Shown here piece after piece: positions 42,701 through 55,600 of a stretch of 64,000 nucleotides of DNA. Numbering within the stretch: position 1 is the first letter of the stretch; every line of letters begins with the position of its first letter. Location: assembly GCA_964016885.1 (NCBI GenBank), contig CAXHJY010000346.1:62001-126000 (forward strand). The letters run 5' to 3'. The translations under genes were made by a program, and so were the position numbers. This DNA is from Eledone cirrhosa (taxonomy: Eukaryota). The notes under the pieces are model-generated. The model saw only the letters and a program-made list of their open reading frames with translations, was not told the origin of the DNA and ran no database searches.

Positions 42701-45700
42701 CCAGTAATTACAGATCGATCCGACCACGGGCGGCCGGCCCGCGATTGGAAAGGTAACTCCGCCGGCAAATCGTCATTTTTGGATTCGTTTTCTTCGAAGC
42801 ACACCATTCGCCGGCGGACTTTGCTGACGTTTAACACGGTTTGGTTCCACAGCCACAACTATTGATTTTACGGAGATATCTTGCTGAAATTCACGCCACA
42901 CATAGCCAATGAGTGTCTGCACATGTACCAGTAATTACAGATCGATCCGACCACGGGCGGCCGGCCCGCGATTGAAAAGGTAACTCCGCCGGCAAATCGT
43001 CATTTTTGGATTCGTTTTCTTCGAAGCACACCATTTGCCGGCGGACTTTGCTGACGTTTAACACGGTTTGGTTCCACAGCCACAACTATTGATTTTACGG
43101 AGATATCTTGCTGGAATTCACGCCACACATAGCCAATGAGTGTCTGCACATGTACCAGTAATTACAGATCGATCCGACCACGGGCGGCCGGCCCGCGATT
43201 GAAAAGGTAACTCCGCCGGCAAATCGTCATTTTTGGATTCGTTTTCTTCGAAGCACACCATTCGCCGGCGGACTTTGTTGACGTTTAACACGGTTTGGTT
43301 CCACAGCCACAACTATTGATTTTACGGAGATATCTTGCTGAAATTCACGCCACCCATAGCCAATGAGTGTCTGCACATGTACCAGTAATTACAGATCGAT
43401 CCGACCACGGGCGGCCGGCCCGCGATTGAAAAGGTAACTCCGCCGGCAAATCGTCATTTTTGGATTCGTTTTCTTCGAAGCACACCATTCGCCGGCGGAC
43501 TTTGTTGACGTTTAACACGGTTTGGTTCCACAGCCACAACTATTGATTTTACGGAGATATCTTGCTGAAATTCACGCCACCCATAGCCAATGAGTGTCTG
43601 CACATGTACCAGTAATTACAGATCGATCCGACCACGGGCGGCCGGCCCGCGATTGAAAAGGTAACTCCGCCGGCAAATCGTCATTTTTGGATTCGTTTTC
43701 TTCGAAGCACACCATTCGCCGGCGGACTTTGCTGACGTTTAACACGGTTTGGTTCCACAACCACAACTATTGATTTTACGGAGATATCTTGCTGAAATTC
43801 ACGCCACACATAGCCAATGAGTGTCTGCACATGTACCAGTAATTACAGATCGATCCGACCACGGGCGGCCGGCCCGCGATTGAAAAGGTAACTCCGCCGG
43901 CAAATCGTCATTTTTGGATTCGTTTTCTTCGAAGCACACCATTCGCCGGCGGACTTTGCTGACGTTTAACACGGTTTGGTTCCACAACCACAACTATTGA
44001 TTTTACGGAGATATCTTGCTGAAATTCACGCCACACATAGCCAATGAGTGTCTGCACATGTACCAGTAATTACAGATCGATCCGACCACGGGCGGCCGGC
44101 CCGCGATTGAAAAGGTAACTCCGCCGGCAAATCGTCATTTTTGGATTCGTTTTCTTCGAAGCACACCATTCGCCGGCGGACTTTGTTGACGTTTAACACG
44201 GTTTGGTTCCACAGCCACAACTATTGATTTTACGGAGATATCTTGCTGAAATTCACGCCACCCATAGCCAATGAGTGTCTGCACATGTACCAGTAATTAC
44301 AGATCGATCCGACCACGGGCGGCCGGCCCGCGATTGAAAAGGTAACTCCGCCGGCAAATCGTCATTTTTGGATTCGTTTTCTTCGAAGCACACCATTCGC
44401 CGGCGGACTTTGCTGACGTTTAACACGGTTTGGTTCCACAACCACAACTATTGATTTTACGGAGATATCTTGCTGAAATTCACGCCACACATAGCCAATG
44501 AGTGTCTGCACATGTACCAGTAATTACAGATCGATCCGACCACGGGCGGCCGGCCCGCGATTGAAAAGGTAACTCCGCCGGCAAATCGTCATTTTTGGAT
44601 TCGTTTTCTTCGAAGCACACCATTCGCCGGCGGACTTTGCTGACGTTTAACACGGTTTGGTTCCACAACCACAACTATTGATTTTACGGAGATATCTTGC
44701 TGAAATTCACGCCACACATAGCCAATGAGTGTCTGCACATGTACCAGTAATTACAGATCGATCCGACCACGGGCGGCCGGCCCGCGATTGAAAAGGTAAC
44801 TCCGCCGGCAAATCGTCATTTTTGGATTCGTTTTCTTCGAAGCACACCATTCGCCGGCGGACTTTGTTGACGTTTAACACGGTTTGGTTCCACAGCCACA
44901 ACTATTGATTTTACGGAGATATCTTGCTGAAATTCACGCCACCCATAGCCAATGAGTGTCTGCACATGTACCAGTAATTACAGATCGATCCGACCACGGG
45001 CGGCCGGCCCGCGATTGAAAAGGTAACTCCGCCGGCAAATCGTCATTTTTGGATTCGTTTTCTTCGAAGCACACCATTCGCCGGCGGACTTTGCTGACGT
45101 TTAACACGGTTTGGTTCCACAGCCACAACTATTGATTTTACGGAGATATCTTGCTGAAATTCACGCCACCCATAGCCAATGAGTGTCTGCACATCTACCA
45201 GTAATTACAGATCGATCCGACCACGGGCGGCCGGGCCGCGATTGAAAAGGTAACTCCGCCGGCAAATCGTCATTTTTGGATTCGTTTTCTTCGAAGCACA
45301 CCATTCGCCGGCGGACTTTGTTGACGTTTAACACGGTTTGGTTCCACAGCCACAACTATTGATTTTACGGAGATATCTTGCTGAAATTCACGCCACCCAT
45401 AGCCAATGAGTGTCTGCACATCTACCAGTAATTACAGATCGATCCGACCACGGGCGGCCGGGCCGCGATTGAAAAGGTAACTCCGCCGGCAAATCGTCAT
45501 TTTTGGATTCGTTTTCTTCGAAGCACACCATTCGCCGGCGGACTTTGTTGACGTTTAACACGGTTTGGTTCCACAGCCACAACTATTGATTTTACGGAGA
45601 TATCTTGCTGAAATTCACGCCACCCATAGCCAATGAGTGTCTGCACATGTACCAGTAATTACAGATCGATCCGACCACGGGCGGCCGGCCCGCGATTGGA

Positions 45701-48700
45701 AAGGTAACTCCGCCGGCAAATCGTCATTTTTGGATTCGTTTTCTTCGAAGCACACCATTCGCCGGCGGACTTTGCTGACGTTTAACACGGTTTGGTTCCA
45801 CAGCCACAACTATTGATTTTACGGAGATATCTTGCTGAAATTCACGCCACACATAGCCAATGAGTGTCTGCACATGTACCAGTAATTACAGATCGATCCG
45901 ACCACGGGCGGCCGGCCCGCGATTGAAAAGGTAACTCCGCCGGCAAATCGTCATTTTTGGATTCGTTTTCTTCGAAGCACACCATTTGCCGGCGGACTTT
46001 GCTGACGTTTAACACGGTTTGGTTCCACAGCCACAACTATTGATTTTACGGAGATATCTTGCTGGAATTCACGCCACACATAGCCAATGAGTGTCTGCAC
46101 ATGTACCAGTAATTACAGATCGATCCGACCACGGGCGGCCGGCCCGCGATTGAAAAGGTAACTCCGCCGGCAAATCGTCATTTTTGGATTCGTTTTCTTC
46201 GAAGCACACCATTCGCCGGCGGACTTTGTTGACGTTTAACACGGTTTGGTTCCACAGCCACAACTATTGATTTTACGGAGATATCTTGCTGAAATTCACG
46301 CCACCCATAGCCAATGAGTGTCTGCACATGTACCAGTAATTACAGATCGATCCGACCACGGGCGGCCGGCCCGCGATTGAAAAGGTAACTCCGCCGGCAA
46401 ATCGTCATTTTTGGATTCGTTTTCTTCGAAGCACACCATTCGCCGGCGGACTTTGTTGACGTTTAACACGGTTTGGTTCCACAGCCACAACTATTGATTT
46501 TACGGAGATATCTTGCTGAAATTCACGCCACCCATAGCCAATGAGTGTCTGCACATGTACCAGTAATTACAGATCGATCCGACCACGGGCGGCCGGCCCG
46601 CGATTGAAAAGGTAACTCCGCCGGCAAATCGTCATTTTTGGATTCGTTTTCTTCGAAGCACACCATTCGCCGGCGGACTTTGCTGACGTTTAACACGGTT
46701 TGGTTCCACAACCACAACTATTGATTTTACGGAGATATCTTGCTGAAATTCACGCCACACATAGCCAATGAGTGTCTGCACATGTACCAGTAATTACAGA
46801 TCGATCCGACCACGGGCGGCCGGCCCGCGATTGAAAAGGTAACTCCGCCGGCAAATCGTCATTTTTGGATTCGTTTTCTTCGAAGCACACCATTCGCCGG
46901 CGGACTTTGCTGACGTTTAACACGGTTTGGTTCCACAACCACAACTATTGATTTTACGGAGATATCTTGCTGAAATTCACGCCACACATAGCCAATGAGT
47001 GTCTGCACATGTACCAGTAATTACAGATCGATCCGACCACGGGCGGCCGGCCCGCGATTGAAAAGGTAACTCCGCCGGCAAATCGTCATTTTTGGATTCG
47101 TTTTCTTCGAAGCACACCATTTGCCGGCGGACTTTGCTGACGTTTAACACGGTTTGGTTCCACAGCCACAACTATTGATTTTACGGAGATATCTTGCTGG
47201 AATTCACGCCACACATAGCCAATGAGTGTCTGCACATGTACCAGTAATTACAGATCGATCCGACCACGGGCGGCCGGCCCGCGATTGAAAAGGTAACTCC
47301 GCCGGCAAATCGTCATTTTTGGATTCGTTTTCTTCGAAGCACACCATTCGCCGGCGGACTTTGTTGACGTTTAACACGGTTTGGTTCCACAGCCACAACT
47401 ATTGATTTTACGGAGATATCTTGCTGAAATTCACGCCACCCATAGCCAATGAGTGTCTGCACATGTACCAGTAATTACAGATCGATCCGACCACGGGCGG
47501 CCGGCCCGCGATTGAAAAGGTAACTCCGCCGGCAAATCGTCATTTTTGGATTCGTTTTCTTCGAAGCACACCATTCGCCGGCGGACTTTGCTGACGTTTA
47601 ACACGGTTTGGTTCCACAACCACAACTATTGATTTTACGGAGATATCTTGCTGAAATTCACGCCACACATAGCCAATGAGTGTCTGCACATGTACCAGTA
47701 ATTACAGATCGATCCGACCACGGGCGGCCGGCCCGCGATTGAAAAGGTAACTCCGCCGGCAAATCGTCATTTTTGGATTCGTTTTCTTCGAAGCACACCA
47801 TTCGCCGGCGGACTTTGTTGACGTTTAACACGGTTTGGTTCCACAGCCACAACTATTGATTTTACGGAGATATCTTGCTGAAATTCACGCCACCCATAGC
47901 CAATGAGTGTCTGCACATGTACCAGTAATTACAGATCGATGCGACCACGGGCGGCCGGCCCGCGATTGAAAAGGTAACTCCGCCGGCAAATCGTCATTTT
48001 TGGATTCGTTTTCTTCGAAGCACACCATTCGCCGGCGGACTTTGCTGACGTTTAACACGGTTTGGTTCCACAGCCACAACTATTGATTTTACGGAGATAT
48101 CTTGCTGAAATTCACGCCACCCATAGCCAATGAGTGTCTGCACATCTACCAGTAATTACAGATCGATCCGACCACGGGCGGCCGGGCCGCGATTGAAAAG
48201 GTAACTCCGCCGGCAAATCGTCATTTTTGGATTCGTTTTCTTCGAAGCACACCATTCGCCGGCGGACTTTGTTGACGTTTAACACGGTTTGGTTCCACAG
48301 CCACAACTATTGATTTTACGGAGATATCTTGCTGAAATTCACGCCACCCATAGCCAATGAGTGTCTGCACATGTACCAGTAATTACAGATCGATCCGACC
48401 ACGGGCGGCCGGCCCGCGATTGGAAAGGTAACTCCGCCGGCAAATCGTCATTTTTGGATTCGTTTTCTTCGAAGCACACCATTCGCCGGCGGACTTTGCT
48501 GACGTTTAACACGGTTTGGTTCCACAGCCACAACTATTGATTTTACGGAGATATCTTGCTGAAATTCACGCCACACATAGCCAATGAGTGTCTGCACATG
48601 TACCAGTAATTACAGATCGATCCGACCACGGGCGGCCGGCCCGCGATTGAAAAGGTAACTCCGCCGGCAAATCGTCATTTTTGGATTCGTTTTCTTCGAA

Positions 48701-51062
48701 GCACACCATTTGCCGGCGGACTTTGCTGACGTTTAACACGGTTTGGTTCCACAGCCACAACTATTGATTTTACGGAGATATCTTGCTGGAATTCACGCCA
48801 CACATAGCCAATGAGTGTCTGCACATGTACCAGTAATTACAGATCGATCCGACCACGGGCGGCCGGCCCGCGATTGAAAAGGTAACTCCGCCGGCAAATC
48901 GTCATTTTTGGATTCGTTTTCTTCGAAGCACACCATTCGCCGGCGGACTTTGTTGACGTTTAACACGGTTTGGTTCCACAGCCACAACTATTGATTTTAC
49001 GGAGATATCTTGCTGAAATTCACGCCACCCATAGCCAATGAGTGTCTGCACATGTACCAGTAATTACAGATCGATCCGACCACGGGCGGCCGGCCCGCGA
49101 TTGAAAAGGTAACTCCGCCGGCAAATCGTCATTTTTGGATTCGTTTTCTTCGAAGCACACCATTCGCCGGCGGACTTTGTTGACGTTTAACACGGTTTGG
49201 TTCCACAGCCACAACTATTGATTTTACGGAGATATCTTGCTGAAATTCACGCCACCCATAGCCAATGAGTGTCTGCACATGTACCAGTAATTACAGATCG
49301 ATCCGACCACGGGCGGCCGGCCCGCGATTGAAAAGGTAACTCCGCCGGCAAATCGTCATTTTTGGATTCGTTTTCTTCGAAGCACACCATTCGCCGGCGG
49401 ACTTTGCTGACGTTTAACACGGTTTGGTTCCACAACCACAACTATTGATTTTACGGAGATATCTTGCTGAAATTCACGCCACACATAGCCAATGAGTGTC
49501 TGCACATGTACCAGTAATTACAGATCGATCCGACCACGGGCGGCCGGCCCGCGATTGAAAAGGTAACTCCGCCGGCAAATCGTCATTTTTGGATTCGTTT
49601 TCTTCGAAGCACACCATTCGCCGGCGGACTTTGCTGACGTTTAACACGGTTTGGTTCCACAACCACAACTATTGATTTTACGGAGATATCTTGCTGAAAT
49701 TCACGCCACACATAGCCAATGAGTGTCTGCACATGTACCAGTAATTACAGATCGATCCGACCACGGGCGGCCGGCCCGCGATTGAAAAGGTAACTCCGCC
49801 GGCAAATCGTCATTTTTGGATTCGTTTTCTTCGAAGCACACCATTCGCCGGCGGACTTTGTTGACGTTTAACACGGTTTGGTTCCACAGCCACAACTATT
49901 GATTTTACGGAGATATCTTGCTGAAATTCACGCCACCCATAGCCAATGAGTGTCTGCACATGTACCAGTAATTACAGATCGATCCGACCACGGGCGGCCG
50001 GCCCGCGATTGAAAAGGTAACTCCGCCGGCAAATCGTCATTTTTGGATTCGTTTTCTTCGAAGCACACCATTCGCCGGCGGACTTTGCTGACGTTTAACA
50101 CGGTTTGGTTCCACAACCACAACTATTGATTTTACGGAGATATCTTGCTGAAATTCACGCCACACATAGCCAATGAGTGTCTGCACATGTACCAGTAATT
50201 ACAGATCGATCCGACCACGGGCGGCCGGCCCGCGATTGAAAAGGTAACTCCGCCGGCAAATCGTCATTTTTGGATTCGTTTTCTTCGAAGCACACCATTC
50301 GCCGGCGGACTTTGCTGACGTTTAACACGGTTTGGTTCCACAACCACAACTATTGATTTTACGGAGATATCTTGCTGAAATTCACGCCACACATAGCCAA
50401 TGAGTGTCTGCACATGTACCAGTAATTACAGATCGATCCGACCACGGGCGGCCGGCCCGCGATTGAAAAGGTAACTCCGCCGGCAAATCGTCATTTTTGG
50501 ATTCGTTTTCTTCGAAGCACACCATTCGCCGGCGGACTTTGTTGACGTTTAACACGGTTTGGTTCCACAGCCACAACTATTGATTTTACGGAGATATCTT
50601 GCTGAAATTCACGCCACCCATAGCCAATGAGTGTCTGCACATGTACCAGTAATTACAGATCGATCCGACCACGGGCGGCCGGCCCGCGATTGAAAAGGTA
50701 ACTCCGCCGGCAAATCGTCATTTTTGGATTCGTTTTCTTCGAAGCACACCATTCGCCGGCGGACTTTGCTGACGTTTAACACGGTTTGGTTCCACAGCCA
50801 CAACTATTGATTTTACGGAGATATCTTGCTGAAATTCACGCCACCCATAGCCAATGAGTGTCTGCACATCTACCAGTAATTACAGATCGATCCGACCACG
50901 GGCGGCCGGGCCGCGATTGAAAAGGTAACTCCGCCGGCAAATCGTCATTTTTGGATTCGTTTTCTTCGAAGCACACCATTCGCCGGCGGACTTTGTTGAC
51001 GTTTAACACGGTTTGGTTCCACAGCCACAACTATTGATTTTACGGAGATATCTTGCTGAAAT
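39714..51062. repeat. Higher-order repeat: tandem 25-monomer duplication built from two related 12-mers
   Basis: g22c+c62g+t148 marker monomers at 39714, 42438, 45161, 45388, 48112 and 50836 (spacing 12, 12, 1, 12, 12 monomers). Variant order in 39714-45387 equals that in 45388-51062, apart from singletons at ~42522 and 47941. Confidence 0.88.
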
Positions 51063-52651
51063 TCACGCCACCCATAGCCAATGAGTGTCTGCACATGTAC
51101 CAGTAATTACAGATCGATCCGACCACGGGCGGCCGGCCCGCGATTGGAAAGGTAACTCCGCCGGCAAATCGTCATTTTTGGATTCGTTTTCTTCGAAGCA
51201 CACCATTCGCCGGCGGACTTTGCTGACGTTTAACACGGTTTGGTTCCACAGCCACAACTATTGATTTTACGGAGATATCTTGCTGAAATTCACGCCACAC
51301 ATAGCCAATGAGTGTCTGCACATGTACCAGTAATTACAGATCGATCCGACCACGGGCGGCCGGCCCGCGATTGAAAAGGTAACTCCGCCGGCAAATCGTC
51401 ATTTTTGGATTCGTTTTCTTCGAAGCACACCATTTGCCGGCGGACTTTGCTGACGTTTAACACGGTTTGGTTCCACAGCCACAACTATTGATTTTACGGA
51501 GATATCTTGCTGGAATTCACGCCACACATAGCCAATGAGTGTCTGCACATGTACCAGTAATTACAGATCGATCCGACCACGGGCGGCCGGCCCGCGATTG
51601 AAAAGGTAACTCCGCCGGCAAATCGTCATTTTTGGATTCGTTTTCTTCGAAGCACACCATTCGCCGGCGGACTTTGTTGACGTTTAACACGGTTTGGTTC
51701 CACAGCCACAACTATTGATTTTACGGAGATATCTTGCTGAAATTCACGCCACCCATAGCCAATGAGTGTCTGCACATGTACCAGTAATTACAGATCGATC
51801 CGACCACGGGCGGCCGGCCCGCGATTGAAAAGGTAACTCCGCCGGCAAATCGTCATTTTTGGATTCGTTTTCTTCGAAGCACACCATTCGCCGGCGGACT
51901 TTGCTGACGTTTAACACGGTTTGGTTCCACAACCACAACTATTGATTTTACGGAGATATCTTGCTGAAATTCACGCCACACATAGCCAATGAGTGTCTGC
52001 ACATGTACCAGTAATTACAGATCGATCCGACCACGGGCGGCCGGCCCGCGATTGAAAAGGTAACTCCGCCGGCAAATCGTCATTTTTGGATTCGTTTTCT
52101 TCGAAGCACACCATTCGCCGGCGGACTTTGCTGACGTTTAACACGGTTTGGTTCCACAACCACAACTATTGATTTTACGGAGATATCTTGCTGAAATTCA
52201 CGCCACACATAGCCAATGAGTGTCTGCACATGTACCAGTAATTACAGATCGATCCGACCACGGGCGGCCGGCCCGCGATTGAAAAGGTAACTCCGCCGGC
52301 AAATCGTCATTTTTGGATTCGTTTTCTTCGAAGCACACCATTCGCCGGCGGACTTTGTTGACGTTTAACACGGTTTGGTTCCACAGCCACAACTATTGAT
52401 TTTACGGAGATATCTTGCTGAAATTCACGCCACCCATAGCCAATGAGTGTCTGCACATGTACCAGTAATTACAGATCGATCCGACCACGGGCGGCCGGCC
52501 CGCGATTGAAAAGGTAACTCCGCCGGCAAATCGTCATTTTTGGATTCGTTTTCTTCGAAGCACACCATTCGCCGGCGGACTTTGTTGACGTTTAACACGG
52601 TTTGGTTCCACAGCCACAACTATTGATTTTACGGAGATATCTTGCTGAAAT

Positions 52652-55600
52652 TCACGCCACCCATAGCCAATGAGTGTCTGCACATGTACCAGTAATTACA
52701 GATCGATCCGACCACGGGCGGCCGGCCCGCGATTGAAAAGGTAACTCCGCCGGCAAATCGTCATTTTTGGATTCGTTTTCTTCGAAGCACACCATTCGCC
52801 GGCGGACTTTGCTGACGTTTAACACGGTTTGGTTCCACAACCACAACTATTGATTTTACGGAGATATCTTGCTGAAATTCACGCCACACATAGCCAATGA
52901 GTGTCTGCACATGTACCAGTAATTACAGATCGATCCGACCACGGGCGGCCGGCCCGCGATTGAAAAGGTAACTCCGCCGGCAAATCGTCATTTTTGGATT
53001 CGTTTTCTTCGAAGCACACCATTCGCCGGCGGACTTTGCTGACGTTTAACACGGTTTGGTTCCACAACCACAACTATTGATTTTACGGAGATATCTTGCT
53101 GAAATTCACGCCACACATAGCCAATGAGTGTCTGCACATGTACCAGTAATTACAGATCGATCCGACCACGGGCGGCCGGCCCGCGATTGAAAAGGTAACT
53201 CCGCCGGCAAATCGTCATTTTTGGATTCGTTTTCTTCGAAGCACACCATTCGCCGGCGGACTTTGTTGACGTTTAACACGGTTTGGTTCCACAGCCACAA
53301 CTATTGATTTTACGGAGATATCTTGCTGAAATTCACGCCACCCATAGCCAATGAGTGTCTGCACATGTACCAGTAATTACAGATCGATCCGACCACGGGC
53401 GGCCGGCCCGCGATTGAAAAGGTAACTCCGCCGGCAAATCGTCATTTTTGGATTCGTTTTCTTCGAAGCACACCATTCGCCGGCGGACTTTGCTGACGTT
53501 TAACACGGTTTGGTTCCACAGCCACAACTATTGATTTTACGGAGATATCTTGCTGAAATTCACGCCACACATAGCCAATGAGTGTCTGCACATGTACCAG
53601 TAATTACAGATCGATCCGACCACGGGCGGCCGGCCCGCGATTGAAAAGGTAACTCCGCCGGCAAATCGTCATTTTTGGATTCGTTTTCTTCGAAGCACAC
53701 CATTCGCCGGCGGACTTTGTTGACGTTTAACACGGTTTGGTTCCACAGCCACAACTATTGATTTTACGGAGATATCTTGCTGAAATTCACGCCACCCATA
53801 GCCAATGAGTGTCTGCACATGTACCAGTAATTACAGATCGATCCGACCACGGGCGGCCGGCCCGCGATTGGAAAGGTAACTCCGCCGGCAAATCGTCATT
53901 TTTGGATTCGTTTTCTTCGAAGCACACCATTCGCCGGCGGACTTTGCTGACGTTTAACACGGTTTGGTTCCACAGCCACAACTATTGATTTTACGGAGAT
54001 ATCTTGCTGAAATTCACGCCACACATAGCCAATGAGTGTCTGCACATGTACCAGTAATTACAGATCGATCCGACCACGGGCGGCCGGCCCGCGATTGAAA
54101 AGGTAACTCCGCCGGCAAATCGTCATTTTTGGATTCGTTTTCTTCGAAGCACACCATTTGCCGGCGGACTTTGCTGACGTTTAACACGGTTTGGTTCCAC
54201 AGCCACAACTATTGATTTTACGGAGATATCTTGCTGGAATTCACGCCACACATAGCCAATGAGTGTCTGCACATGTACCAGTAATTACAGATCGATCCGA
54301 CCACGGGCGGCCGGCCCGCGATTGAAAAGGTAACTCCGCCGGCAAATCGTCATTTTTGGATTCGTTTTCTTCGAAGCACACCATTCGCCGGCGGACTTTG
54401 TTGACGTTTAACACGGTTTGGTTCCACAGCCACAACTATTGATTTTACGGAGATATCTTGCTGAAATTCACGCCACCCATAGCCAATGAGTGTCTGCACA
54501 TGTACCAGTAATTACAGATCGATCCGACCACGGGCGGCCGGCCCGCGATTGAAAAGGTAACTCCGCCGGCAAATCGTCATTTTTGGATTCGTTTTCTTCG
54601 AAGCACACCATTCGCCGGCGGACTTTGCTGACGTTTAACACGGTTTGGTTCCACAACCACAACTATTGATTTTACGGAGATATCTTGCTGAAATTCACGC
54701 CACACATAGCCAATGAGTGTCTGCACATGTCCAGTAATTACAGATCGATCCGACCACGGGCGGCCGGCCCGCGATTGAAAAGGTAACTCCGCCGGCAAAT
54801 CGTCATTTTTGGATTCGTTTTCTTCGAAGCACACCATTCGCCGGCGGACTTTGCTGACGTTTAACACGGTTTGGTTCCACAACCACAACTATTGATTTTA
54901 CGGAGATATCTTGCTGAAATTCACGCCACACATAGCCAATGAGTGTCTGCACATGTACCAGTAATTACAGATCGATCCGACCACGGGCGGCCGGCCCGCG
55001 ATTGAAAAGGTAACTCCGCCGGCAAATCGTCATTTTTGGATTCGTTTTCTTCGAAGCACACCATTCGCCGGCGGACTTTGTTGACGTTTAACACGGTTTG
55101 GTTCCACAGCCACAACTATTGATTTTACGGAGATATCTTGCTGAAATTCACGCCACCCATAGCCAATGAGTGTCTGCACATGTACCAGTAATTACAGATC
55201 GATCCGACCACGGGCGGCCGGCCCGCGATTGAAAAGGTAACTCCGCCGGCAAATCGTCATTTTTGGATTCGTTTTCTTCGAAGCACACCATTCGCCGGCG
55301 GACTTTGCTGACGTTTAACACGGTTTGGTTCCACAACCACAACTATTGATTTTACGGAGATATCTTGCTGAAATTCACGCCACACATAGCCAATGAGTGT
55401 CTGCACATGTACCAGTAATTACAGATCGATCCGACCACGGGCGGCCGGCCCGCGATTGAAAAGGTAACTCCGCCGGCAAATCGTCATTTTTGGATTCGTT
55501 TTCTTCGAAGCACACCATTCGCCGGCGGACTTTGCTGACGTTTAACACGGTTTGGTTCCACAACCACAACTATTGATTTTACGGAGATATCTTGCTGAAA

